From a virus: a stretch of 64,000 nt of DNA. The notes below the pieces were generated by a model. It was given only the letters and a program-made list of their open reading frames with translations. It made no database searches and was not told the DNA's origin. This document shows positions 18,100 through 27,219 of this stretch, in pieces. Each line of letters begins with the position of its first letter. Positions within the stretch are counted from its first letter, which is position 1. The position numbers and the translations under genes are program-made. The DNA lies in IMG/VR virus record IMGVR_UViG_3300027987_000382, positions 32,001 through 96,000 of that record. One strand, 5' to 3'.

Positions 18100-19226
18100 T
18101 GTTCAGGACAAGAGAAGAATTCCAAGTTCTGCAAGAAAAGTCTAAGGGCAGACCGAAAATCAAACTGCTCTACGACGGCTCATGTGCTCATTTCTCTAAT
18201 GGGGCCACGCAATTCTTCCTATCTCAGGCCGGATTTCTTGCTGAGTTTTACAACGTCCACCTTCTAGAACCCGGTGACGAACCAGATCTGATTTGGGTGG
18301 CAAGCGATAAATTCAGGCAGGACCACCTCAATTTTGGCGTACCAATCATAGTAGAAGATGTCTTCCAAGGGCCTGATATCTTCGAAGATTGCAGAAAGAT
18401 CATCAAGCACGAACAGGTCGTGATCTTTCTGAAGGCCATGATGGTTCGCGACCACACTATCCACAACAAAGAGCTGTGGAATCATTCGATCCATCAAGAC
18501 AAAATCGGCGAGCTGGCGAATCTCACAACAACTCGAGGATTCAGAACACCCGAGTTAACAGAAGCCGACTATCAGAAAGTGCGGCTCTCTTGGAACTATA
18601 TCGCCTGGCCGCATTTCAGGCACGGCTTCAATAACGACCACCGTCCGCTCAGGGAATTTTATCTTGACACTACCATTCAGTATTGTTATCCGCTTTACGA
18701 ATTACCTGAGTCAGGGAGCTTTCTTACCTGCGAACGCGAATACGACGTAAACTTCATTGGCAACATCCACAAATGGCCCGATTCAGTCCCGCTGATTCAG
18801 TACCACCGTGAAGCCGCATTTCAAGCTCTCCAAGAATGTCCAGGCAATAATCTGCTAATTGACAAGAACGACATTGGCTGGCATGAATATTGGCACAAAC
18901 TCAGACAATCCAAGATTGTCGTCTCGCCATGGGGATGGGAACCTGTCACTATCAGAGACATCGAGGCAGTTCTTGCTGGTTGCGTCCTCGTCAAACCAGA
19001 AACCGGTTTCGTTCAGACTTACCCGCATATACCATCAATCAATTGTAAGATCGACTTCTCTAACCTGCAAGAAGTCGTACAGATGATCTTGGACAGATGG
19101 CCATCGACCGAAGATTTCAGGAAGACCGCCTATAATCAATTGCTTTCGGACTCGAAAACCCTAATCCAGCGGCTATACAGCATCATTCGTGATGCCCTGC
19201 CTCATCTACAGGATTCGTCCGGATAA
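18099..19226 (+). CDS. GT-B glycosyltransferase-like
   Basis: C-terminal SKIVVSPWGW...RDIEAVLAGCVLVKP. Confidence 0.7.
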   Translation: MFRTREEFQVLQEKSKGRPKIKLLYDGSCAHFSNGATQFFLSQAGFLAEFYNVHLLEPGDEPDLIWVASDKFRQDHLNFGVPIIVEDVFQGPDIFEDCRKIIKHEQVVIFLKAMMVRDHTIHNKELWNHSIHQDKIGELANLTTTRGFRTPELTEADYQKVRLSWNYIAWPHFRHGFNNDHRPLREFYLDTTIQYCYPLYELPESGSFLTCEREYDVNFIGNIHKWPDSVPLIQYHREAAFQALQECPGNNLLIDKNDIGWHEYWHKLRQSKIVVSPWGWEPVTIRDIEAVLAGCVLVKPETGFVQTYPHIPSINCKIDFSNLQEVVQMILDRWPSTEDFRKTAYNQLLSDSKTLIQRLYSIIRDALPHLQDSSG

Positions 19227-19861
19227 GCGGTCACTTCCGCAAAATGATGGACGTAGTATTGGTCCATGTGGGCAACCAGGAAGCCCATGTTCTTGTAGGT
19301 CGTTGAGAACGTCCATTCGTGTAATCTAACGATTGGATACTCACCTGCAGCCTTGATGGCAGACACGTCATGAAGGGCCGGATTCAAAGTGAAACCTGGC
19401 CACCCGGTCTCCGGAACAAAATAGGGCGTCCCTCTCGATGTCCGCCCTTCAAGGGCAGTGTCTTGTGGTTCGCGGCCGTGCGAATAAGGTGTCAGGATGG
19501 CCGTCTTCAGTGAGCGATCGTGCCACAAAACATCGAGCAGCATTTCTATCAATCGAGCTGGCCGGACAATCTCCCAATCGTCCTCCCAATGGAGCATATA
19601 GTCGCTCGTGACAGCTGCGAAGAGCCGTCTCAACGAAGCGGCGTGGCCGCCTTCTCCCCACAGAAACTCGAAATTGGGGAAAGCTGATTCCATCCGATTG
19701 CGATCAGCATCAGATGAAGAATCATCACTGCAGAGATATCTCGTTATGAGATGTGAATCGAGACAATTCTTCTTTAGCGATTCAATTGTCCGCAGGAAAC
19801 AATCGAGCCTGCGGGAAGTAGTGATCGTGAACGTTATCGATATCGGTTCATTGAACATCAA
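19202..19861 (-). CDS. glycosyltransferase family 2-like
   Basis: SDDSS, HWEDDW, GFTLNP. Confidence 0.75.
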   Translation of the reverse strand: MMFNEPISITFTITTSRRLDCFLRTIESLKKNCLDSHLITRYLCSDDSSSDADRNRMESAFPNFEFLWGEGGHAASLRRLFAAVTSDYMLHWEDDWEIVRPARLIEMLLDVLWHDRSLKTAILTPYSHGREPQDTALEGRTSRGTPYFVPETGWPGFTLNPALHDVSAIKAAGEYPIVRLHEWTFSTTYKNMGFLVAHMDQYYVHHFAEVTAYPDESCR

Positions 19862-20982
19862 AACATTTCAGCTGCCTTGAGGCACCCAGTCGCAACACTG
19901 TAGAGCGGTTTGTCTGATCTGAAGATCTGCCCAATTTCGAAAGGCAAAGTCTTCTCATCAAACTTGGCCGCAACACGTTCAATGAAGCCCTGTGGAGAGC
20001 TAGTGCCGCCCGCCATATAGACGTTGACCGCTCCGTCGATCCTGGCACGATCCTCGTTCTCAACAAATCCAGCAACAATGCCGTCGATCACCTTCGAGAT
20101 GAGAACGTCATAGTGAAGGACGATATCGAGCCCAACACGATCTTCCGGCTCAACGCCGGGCGTCAAGTCGACTGATTCCTTCCGTTTGGCAACCGTTGTC
20201 GGTGTCTCCTTCGATTTCCTCACGAGAGAACCGGCGTCGGGATCGTAACCGTGCCTTTTGGCTACTTCCGTATCAATCCAGTCGCCAGCACCGACATAGC
20301 AGAACGAGTAGATTTCCTCGCCCCACTTCACATAGCTGACGGTAACAGTGCCTGCTCCCCAGGAGATACCAATACCCGTGCCTTCACTGCCGTGCTCTTC
20401 GTCCATATCGAGGACAATGGCATGCGATTCTTTGATAGCACCTTTTCGGTCGTCGTAGGGACCGACAAGTTCGATTGTCGCGTCTGTCTCATAGCCTTCA
20501 ATGATGAGATTGACGACGCGTTCGTGGTACTCGATGTTGCTGGTTCGTTTGTTGATGGCCGGGGCCGTTGTGCAGTAGCAGATTTTCAGTTCTTTGCCGA
20601 ATGTGCCGATCTCATGTTCGGCCATCTCCATCAAGCCTTGAACGATACTCGCGAGGATCGTCATCGCCTCTTCGTCTTGCGAGATACCGCCTTCTGCCAT
20701 TGGCCTACGTAAGGTGTCATTTTTGGCATACGCGAATTCTTCTGCGTCTTTGCCAAGCACGACGATTTGGCCGCTGTCTGGCATTTTGATCCAGCGGGCT
20801 GGCCGCTTGGTGCCGTCTGACCGGACCTTGTTCGGATCTGCGAGAAGTTTCTCAATGAACGTGGTGGCTCGTTCGAATGGCCACCAGCCATTTATCTCGG
20901 AGATATAATGCACCTTACCATCATCGTCGCGGAATGCAACGACGACGGTTTTGGTCCCAATATCGATACCCAACTGGCTCAT
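19858..20982 (-). CDS. actin/MreB-superfamily ATPase
   Basis: GIDIGTK (phosphate 1), ISWGAGT (phosphate 2), AGD, MAGGTS (adenosine); AGGAG SD before ATG 20982; frame stays open upstream. Confidence 0.8.
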   Translation of the reverse strand: MSQLGIDIGTKTVVVAFRDDDGKVHYISEINGWWPFERATTFIEKLLADPNKVRSDGTKRPARWIKMPDSGQIVVLGKDAEEFAYAKNDTLRRPMAEGGISQDEEAMTILASIVQGLMEMAEHEIGTFGKELKICYCTTAPAINKRTSNIEYHERVVNLIIEGYETDATIELVGPYDDRKGAIKESHAIVLDMDEEHGSEGTGIGISWGAGTVTVSYVKWGEEIYSFCYVGAGDWIDTEVAKRHGYDPDAGSLVRKSKETPTTVAKRKESVDLTPGVEPEDRVGLDIVLHYDVLISKVIDGIVAGFVENEDRARIDGAVNVYMAGGTSSPQGFIERVAAKFDEKTLPFEIGQIFRSDKPLYSVATGCLKAAEMF

Positions 20983-21304
20983 CAGCACTCTCCTACCGGT
21001 GAAGACGTCACCGAGGCTATATACTTGGTAGTTCGGTGCAGCCGAAACTCGGCTACCTTCTGCGGGGGCGTCAACCGCCTTTGGTTCTGCGGGTGAAGAT
21101 TCCTGGAGAGGTTTGCTTTCTTGGTACTCCTGATACCCCACAGCAGCTTCCGGAATCGACTCCGGCTTCGGTGGCTCCGGCTGCGGCGGACTCGGCTTCG
21201 CAACAGGTTTCTTCTGCTGCGGCAGCGTCTTGACTCTCTTCTCCACAACAGGAGGGGTGGATTGGGTCAAGCGGGTATTTTGACATTGGACTACTTTCGT
21301 TTCC

Positions 21305-21655
21305 TCAGCCTGGATCGTTATCTCTTTTGTGAAGTTGTGAACCGCCATCATCTTTACCGACACGAGAGCCGAAACCACCTTCTGGCCTTGGCGGTTTTTT
21401 GAGGTTGGGGGCGACAATTTCCGGCGGGAGTTCTTGGACTGATGTTGTTCCTCCGTCGAAGCCCTTGCTCTTGCTAGGTCCAGTTGATTCTGAATCGACT
21501 GGAGCAACTCGTCGTTCGCTCCAGGCATTTAGTAACTCTCTCAATAAGGTTGGTGGAAGGTGAAGCTTGCCAAGAGCACGCCACACAATCACAAGGAAGG
21601 CGATCTCGCATGCCAACGTTCCCATCAGAAAAATTGACAGCACGACCTCAATCAT
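21305..21655 (-). CDS. membrane-anchored hypothetical protein
   Basis: N-terminal hydrophobic helix; ATGA coupling to upstream gene. Confidence 0.55.
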   Translation of the reverse strand: MIEVVLSIFLMGTLACEIAFLVIVWRALGKLHLPPTLLRELLNAWSERRVAPVDSESTGPSKSKGFDGGTTSVQELPPEIVAPNLKKPPRPEGGFGSRVGKDDGGSQLHKRDNDPG

Positions 21656-23076
21656 ACGTGATTGACTCTGATTAGCGGAATACCAAGTGAAACGGCAAGC
21701 TTCCCAAGCTGATCAAGACCAAACTCGGAAAACGTGAACTTCCTCCGAGAACCCTCGGAATCAGGCCACAACTTACCTCCATCATAGTATTCTATTTTCG
21801 CTGAATGACTCTTCCCACCCACAATCTTATTGTCGCACCCGAACAATGATATTGTTCGCGGTCCAAGAAACAACGCGAAATTCACAGCCGCATGCAACGA
21901 CTGCTCGAAATTGCAGAAAGGAAGCGACTCAGAGATCACCTTCCCAACAACACCCGCCAACTCAAACTGGTAGCAATCAGCCACCACTTCGCCAGCAGGA
22001 ATATACTCTGCCAAAGTCCGATCGATCAAAGCCATCGGCAGAACAAACTGCTTGTCCTCGTACCTCTCCCGAAGCTTAATTGCAACATGCGACGAGTCAG
22101 TGACGACCATGTCTGCATCGAACGCCAAGCCCATGTAATCGACAGCGATGATAATATCGTGACGATATACCAAGCCAGGATCAACCAAATCGACAGAAGG
22201 ACCAGGACCGACAACAGCAATTGACTTACCAGCCGCAGTGCCGTAGAGGTCATAAATACCACCAAGTTCCGGCTGCGTTCGCTGCAACAGCCAATCGATC
22301 TTATGAACCTGACGATCCTGCACCTTCATCAGATTAACAAGACGGCCAGTGTTCAACTCACTCGGCTTCACACCCCTGGCAGAATAGAACCTACTCGAAT
22401 GCTCTGGCATCCAAATCTCAACAATCCGCGACAAATTGTTGACGGTGTTCTTGCTTGAATCAATGGTATGTCTGGTCGCAATATAACTGTCGTCATCGAT
22501 CTCGACAGAGCCACCAAACAACCACGCTCGAATCGATAGCTCCAGGTCCTCGCCAGCACCACGGACCATCCCCTCATCAAACCCACCAAGATGCTCAAAG
22601 AAGGCCGCTGACACGACAATGCAATTTGATGAAACAGCGGGCGACTCAGCGGTCTGGAAAGCGGGACGGCTATAAAGAGACAGATCCCATCTCCAACCGA
22701 ATCGCTTCCACGAATTATTCTCGGTGGACCAAAAGTCGGTGTTGAGAGTATGAATTACCGGACTCACCAACTTATTCGCGTCGTTACTGACGCGGGACAC
22801 GAGGGGCTGCAACCAGTCACGCCCGACTTTGACGGTGTCTCGCAAGAAGACGAGTTCTTTTGAAGTGGCGACTTTAGCTGCTGCGTTCCAACATTTGGAT
22901 CGCCCTTCGTGGTTTGTGTCTAGGATGACGGTCGCACGCGGGTTCTCGTACTTCTCACCCGTGTCGTTGCAGATGATGATATCTTCTAGCAGGTAGGACG
23001 GAGTTTTGTCGACAATTTCATCAAGCGTCTTGTCGATATACTTCGTGTCCGCTAAGTAGAGAATGACGGAAGCCAT
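21652..23076 (-). CDS. GT2 (GalNAc-T-like) fused to MptE/DUF115-like domain
   Basis: LGGFDEGM...EDLELSIRAWLFGG; C-terminal VVGPGPS, LFGCD. Confidence 0.7.
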   Translation of the reverse strand: MASVILYLADTKYIDKTLDEIVDKTPSYLLEDIIICNDTGEKYENPRATVILDTNHEGRSKCWNAAAKVATSKELVFLRDTVKVGRDWLQPLVSRVSNDANKLVSPVIHTLNTDFWSTENNSWKRFGWRWDLSLYSRPAFQTAESPAVSSNCIVVSAAFFEHLGGFDEGMVRGAGEDLELSIRAWLFGGSVEIDDDSYIATRHTIDSSKNTVNNLSRIVEIWMPEHSSRFYSARGVKPSELNTGRLVNLMKVQDRQVHKIDWLLQRTQPELGGIYDLYGTAAGKSIAVVGPGPSVDLVDPGLVYRHDIIIAVDYMGLAFDADMVVTDSSHVAIKLRERYEDKQFVLPMALIDRTLAEYIPAGEVVADCYQFELAGVVGKVISESLPFCNFEQSLHAAVNFALFLGPRTISLFGCDNKIVGGKSHSAKIEYYDGGKLWPDSEGSRRKFTFSEFGLDQLGKLAVSLGIPLIRVNHV

Positions 23077-23095
23077 GGGTACCTCATTATTCCGT

Positions 23096-24883
23096 CTACG
23101 TACGCACTTTCCACTTACGCGTACCCATTTGGAGCTGAGGCGATGCCTGTTGACCTCCCAATTGAATGTCTTCTACTCCGGCCTTCCGTGCTGCCGCCGC
23201 TGTTGGTGATGGCGGTGGCGGTGGAGGTGGCGGAGGTGGGGGTGGGGGAGGCGGAGGCGGAGGCGGGGGAGGAGGGTCGCCGGTACAGGGTGCATCCTGT
23301 ACCTTGGGACAATAAAAGAAGTCATCTTGGCAGCACTTGTCCTCTTCAGGCTCCGGAGCCATGACGATAGGGTATGGATATTTCCCAGGACGAACTGAAT
23401 CTGGGCCGAACCATTTGACCGTCGAATCGCACGCTGGGACGTCGGTGTCCGGAATCCAATTGAACTTGTGCCTGTCATAATGCCTCCTGGTAAAACAGCC
23501 TGGCTGCGGGTCCCAATGAAGCAGATTGAGTTCCGGCAATTCGTCGGCCTCAAGTTCTACTTCAAAACGATTGACTCGTTTGCACTCTTCCAGAGTCATC
23601 TCAGCCGCAGCAAAGACGCTCTTTAGAGCATTGGTGTTCGCTAGTGTGCCAGAATCAGGAAGCAGACTTACCTTATCAACGCATACCTCAGAGAACAATT
23701 CAGAACACAGTGTGAAAATGATTTCACGATCGCAATCAAGCCTCGCATTGACGATCGGGCAAGTAGCCACAATGTTGGTATCGTCGATGAGGCACTCGAC
23801 GACCTTGACCTTGCACTCACCCGGTTCGCCCTTCAGACCATTCGGACCTTTCTGGCGAGATTTGATACACCAGTCATCGACACTTAAGTCAGACCACTGA
23901 TTCCCAGGCTCGAGAATAATCGAGCCGCACACAATATTCGTCACAGGATCGAACTCAATCGTATTCGCCGTGCGAACAGTATCAACTGCGACGCCGGTGC
24001 CCGACACAGTCACCTTAGTCGGATCAGATGGATTCACTTCAACAACAACACTAGGAGTGGTCGCTACAGTCGATCCAGTTGGAAAGACAGAGACCAAACT
24101 CAACGGAATATCACACAAGCTATTTTGAGCCAAAATGCCCATGCTCCGCTGAGTCAAAAGCTCTCTAGTCCGCTGGAGCTTTGGCATCACCTCGTCACGA
24201 GGGTCCCGGCCTGTGTAATAGACCGCCAGATTGTGCATCTGCTCCTTCTGAGCAGCCGTGCTACCAATCGGCAGACTGACTTCAAATAGCCGGATAGAAA
24301 TATTCGGAACAACATCGCCCGGAAGAGGTACCGGGCCGTCCTTCACCAACGGAGTCGGCGTAAAGATGGCAAAATCCATTTGATCGCCATTGACAGCGGA
24401 CGGAGAAAAGCACACCTCCGCCGCACCAACTATACCAGGCAGACCAGTATCACCTTTGTCTCCCTTCGGCCCTCTGGTACCAGGGCATACTTCCTTCATC
24501 AAGATCTGGAAGAACCGACCCTTATCGACCTCGATACGAAGACAGTCTTCCCCTTCCTGACGAAATCGGAAGAGTTTGTCACTCGATCGGAAATAATACC
24601 AATACGCATCCCGACCAGGGAGCAACTTCAGGGTAGAGAGATTCGGATCAAGATCAACGTAGGATTGCAGCTTGCGAAGAATCGAGAAAATGTCTGAGGT
24701 GATCAGACCATTATTCTGTTCCGTGACCAAAGGGGCCGCAGCGATCGTTCCTGCTGAAATCCAACCATTACTGTCCGGGTCGTATCGCCACCTATTACCG
24801 TAGCGATCGCATATCTCATCTCCCTCGACCCCTTTTCGAGGCAAGCGTGGTTTGGTTATGCAAGTATCAGTCGCCATACTCAT
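23096..24883 (-). CDS. putative virion protein with short collagen-like repeats and polyproline tail
   Basis: GPKGDKGDTGLPG, GPNGLKGEPG, Cys-rich, 22 consecutive Pro. Confidence 0.6.
   Translation of the reverse strand: MSMATDTCITKPRLPRKGVEGDEICDRYGNRWRYDPDSNGWISAGTIAAAPLVTEQNNGLITSDIFSILRKLQSYVDLDPNLSTLKLLPGRDAYWYYFRSSDKLFRFRQEGEDCLRIEVDKGRFFQILMKEVCPGTRGPKGDKGDTGLPGIVGAAEVCFSPSAVNGDQMDFAIFTPTPLVKDGPVPLPGDVVPNISIRLFEVSLPIGSTAAQKEQMHNLAVYYTGRDPRDEVMPKLQRTRELLTQRSMGILAQNSLCDIPLSLVSVFPTGSTVATTPSVVVEVNPSDPTKVTVSGTGVAVDTVRTANTIEFDPVTNIVCGSIILEPGNQWSDLSVDDWCIKSRQKGPNGLKGEPGECKVKVVECLIDDTNIVATCPIVNARLDCDREIIFTLCSELFSEVCVDKVSLLPDSGTLANTNALKSVFAAAEMTLEECKRVNRFEVELEADELPELNLLHWDPQPGCFTRRHYDRHKFNWIPDTDVPACDSTVKWFGPDSVRPGKYPYPIVMAPEPEEDKCCQDDFFYCPKVQDAPCTGDPPPPPPPPPPPPPPPPPPPPPPSPTAAAARKAGVEDIQLGGQQASPQLQMGTRKWKVRT
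23210..23275. repeat. (NGG)22 low-complexity tract encoding poly-Pro
   Basis: G-rich plus-strand tract; CCN codons on the minus strand. Confidence 0.85.
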
Positions 24884-24886
24884 TTC

Positions 24887-25360
24887 TCAAGAGGACTTGA
24901 ATTCTTCCAGAATAGCACGTATCTCGCTGTCCTCTGATTTATTTTTCGCCAGATTGACCCATTTGCAAACCAATTGCACATTCTCTTTAGAGTACGGTCC
25001 GGAATTCTGGATACGGTCAAGACTCACCCGTTTCAAACAATGCCTGGCGATCGTCATCCCCATCCCAGTAATCGCACATTTCCCATCTTGTCTGTCCCAC
25101 AGCTCTTGTAAGAACTGTGAATCAATTGATACTTCGATCGTTCGAAGCCCACGGCTTTTACGGGATTTGGCCGCATTCAACAAAGTGTAAAGAGCACCCG
25201 ACAGGGTTTCGTCTTTCCACTTCTTTATAGATTTCTTCTGAGATTCGGCGAATTTCTCAGGATTCCGTTCTCGCCATGATTCGTTATATCCCTGGACCTT
25301 GTCTTTATTGCGTTGCCGCCAGTCTCGGTCATATTGTTTCTGTGCTTCGGTTTTAGCCAT
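24887..25360 (-). CDS. free-standing HNH-like homing endonuclease
   Basis: QDGKCAITG...SLDRIQNSGPYSKENVQLVCKWVNLAK; GGAG SD before ATG 25360. Confidence 0.75.
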   Translation of the reverse strand: MAKTEAQKQYDRDWRQRNKDKVQGYNESWRERNPEKFAESQKKSIKKWKDETLSGALYTLLNAAKSRKSRGLRTIEVSIDSQFLQELWDRQDGKCAITGMGMTIARHCLKRVSLDRIQNSGPYSKENVQLVCKWVNLAKNKSEDSEIRAILEEFKSS

Positions 25361-25427
25361 GATTGCTCCTATCTTTACTCTATGTTTGCAAAAGATAGAG
25401 ATCAGCACATCAAAACAAAATTAGAGT

Positions 25428-25856
25428 ATGAAACTCCGGCAAATCACCGAAAACGACGAGTACGAAGGACTCGAAGACGACGACGAGTTCATGGAAGGCT
25501 GCATCTACTGCGGCATGACCCCAGACGTCACCGACATCATTCAATTCGACGGCGAAGACGTCTGCGTCGATTGCATCGAAGAACGCCCTATGTACGAATG
25601 GCTGCGAGACAATCCAGAGAAAGCCAAAGAACACCTCTGGAAGCTCACCGAGAACGAACTAGCCAAAGACGGCGAGGCATACGGACTTGGCAACATCGAA
25701 GTCGAAGAAGTGTCACGTCATAAAGGCAAGATCAAACTAGACTTCACAGTGACAGCCCACTCTGGCTACTACAACAACCCACAATCCACCGCCGAAATCC
25801 TGGCTGCCAGAGTCAAAGCGGCTCGTAACGCATCATCAACAGCTCGGGGGTGGTAG
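25428..25856 (+). CDS. small acidic protein with MKLRQITE leader and YEGLEDDDEF tag
   Basis: leader, tag and CxxC...CxxC. Confidence 0.7.
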   Translation: MKLRQITENDEYEGLEDDDEFMEGCIYCGMTPDVTDIIQFDGEDVCVDCIEERPMYEWLRDNPEKAKEHLWKLTENELAKDGEAYGLGNIEVEEVSRHKGKIKLDFTVTAHSGYYNNPQSTAEILAARVKAARNASSTARGW

Positions 25857-26363
25857 ACTGGACGGATAGACGAACGGGATTCCACTGTCCGGGAAATCCC
25901 GCAGCAGGTGTCTGAAGTAATCTTTCACCTTGTCATGCACCTGATTATGCTCCAAGATCTCCCTGGAGTCAAGCCACACATGCTCAGAGTGTTGGCTGTC
26001 CGTAGTAATGTCGTCTTGCAGTATCCGCAAGAGATAAGCTGACACGACGTAGTGAGTCGAGATTCCTTCGACCTCCAGGAAATTGTCGTGATAGATGTGA
26101 TCCCAGGTACCGATCGACTCGGCTTCGGCAATATCGAGTCTGACTCCAAGCTCTGTTTCAGTTATCCTTGCGTAGGCATCACCCATCTTCTCGCCTTTGA
26201 GAATCACGCCACCAAAGGTGAACAACCAGCCTTTAGCTGGCCGGTTGACGCGAAGGCCAAGAAGGAATTTACCGTCTCTCCTCTGCACAAGCAGATCAAT
26301 CGATGGTAGTGGTGCGAGTGTGAGGACTTTGAAATAGTCCTCTTGTGATAATTTCTGCGTCAT
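25836..26363 (-). CDS. gmm: GDP-mannose mannosyl hydrolase (Nudix)
   Basis: LLGLRVNRPAKGWLF, ARITETELG, HIYHDNF, STHYVV, QHSE. Confidence 0.85.
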   Translation of the reverse strand: MTQKLSQEDYFKVLTLAPLPSIDLLVQRRDGKFLLGLRVNRPAKGWLFTFGGVILKGEKMGDAYARITETELGVRLDIAEAESIGTWDHIYHDNFLEVEGISTHYVVSAYLLRILQDDITTDSQHSEHVWLDSREILEHNQVHDKVKDYFRHLLRDFPDSGIPFVYPSSLPPPSC

Positions 26364-26548
26364 GATACTGTCGCCGGGCAGATTTCCTTGTTATTCATAC
26401 CTCTGTTATGTAACTCAGTGACGAATCTCCTGAATTTTTCGACAGCTTCAGGATAGCTGTCTGCTTCGAGCGTCGCCTTGATTCCGAATTCTTCACAGGT
26501 GATTTCCCATGTTCGGATTTTGACGAATCTCACGAGGATTGCATTCAT
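26360..26548 (-). CDS. small hypothetical protein
   Basis: GGAG SD; ATGA coupling with gmm. Confidence 0.5.
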   Translation of the reverse strand: MNAILVRFVKIRTWEITCEEFGIKATLEADSYPEAVEKFRRFVTELHNRGMNNKEICPATVS

Positions 26549-26599
26549 AGTTCGATTCTCCCCCCGTCCTAATCGCAAAAAACCTTTTTGGGTTTCTTT

Positions 26600-27170
26600 T
26601 TGACCAGAACGGGATAGCGGACTTGCCGCTCTTAGATCTCAGGAAAGCTCCAACACTACGTATCGAATGGGGGGAAGATCGTGTTGGTCGAACCCTGGTC
26701 TGTTATCCTGCCGTCGTCAACTCCCGCCAAGGAGTCCGAACGCTCTATCAGTTTTGGCGTTCTCAGGATATTCGAGTTACTTGGTGAAACATTACAGCTG
26801 CCGATGCTTCCAGGCTTTACACTCGAGATCAACATTTTCGGATAAGTGCCAATGGCTCTGTTTTGATTAGACCACTCGAGACTGCCTGATGGTACACCGG
26901 ATAACCCCAACTCGTTTTCACCAAGCCTGTAGTCATCCCAGTCACGAGCACCGCGATGTCTCCCATCGGGTCGGCTCAGTGTTACTTTTAAGCACTGCTT
27001 CATGCAGCGTGGTTGAAGCGGGTGACCCGACTTTGCCGAAACCCGGACTCCAAAGAGTCGCAAGAACACCCTAAGAACCCTATTGCTTCAACCGACTGGA
27101 ACTAACAGACGTCAGCACGGCAAACAACGCCGCTATGTCAACGGTAGTTGGGCTAACCGTCAGCCGTTAA
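26600..27170 (+). ncRNA. candidate large structured ncRNA (or structured cis element)
   Basis: ORF-poor intergenic stretch with many helices, e.g. 26610-26622/26698-26710, 26780-26790/26914-26925, 26967-26972/27024-27029, 27011-27019/27085-27093; G-U pairs favour the plus strand. Confidence 0.55.
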
Positions 27171-27219
27171 ATACCGAAACCCTGGAAGCGAAGATAGAAT
27201 GAAATTCCAGGAGACCACA

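Noticed and set aside
26656-27069. 137-aa minus-strand ORF
   Set aside because: Non-ATG start, no SD and no protein-like motifs; the region is better explained by RNA structure.
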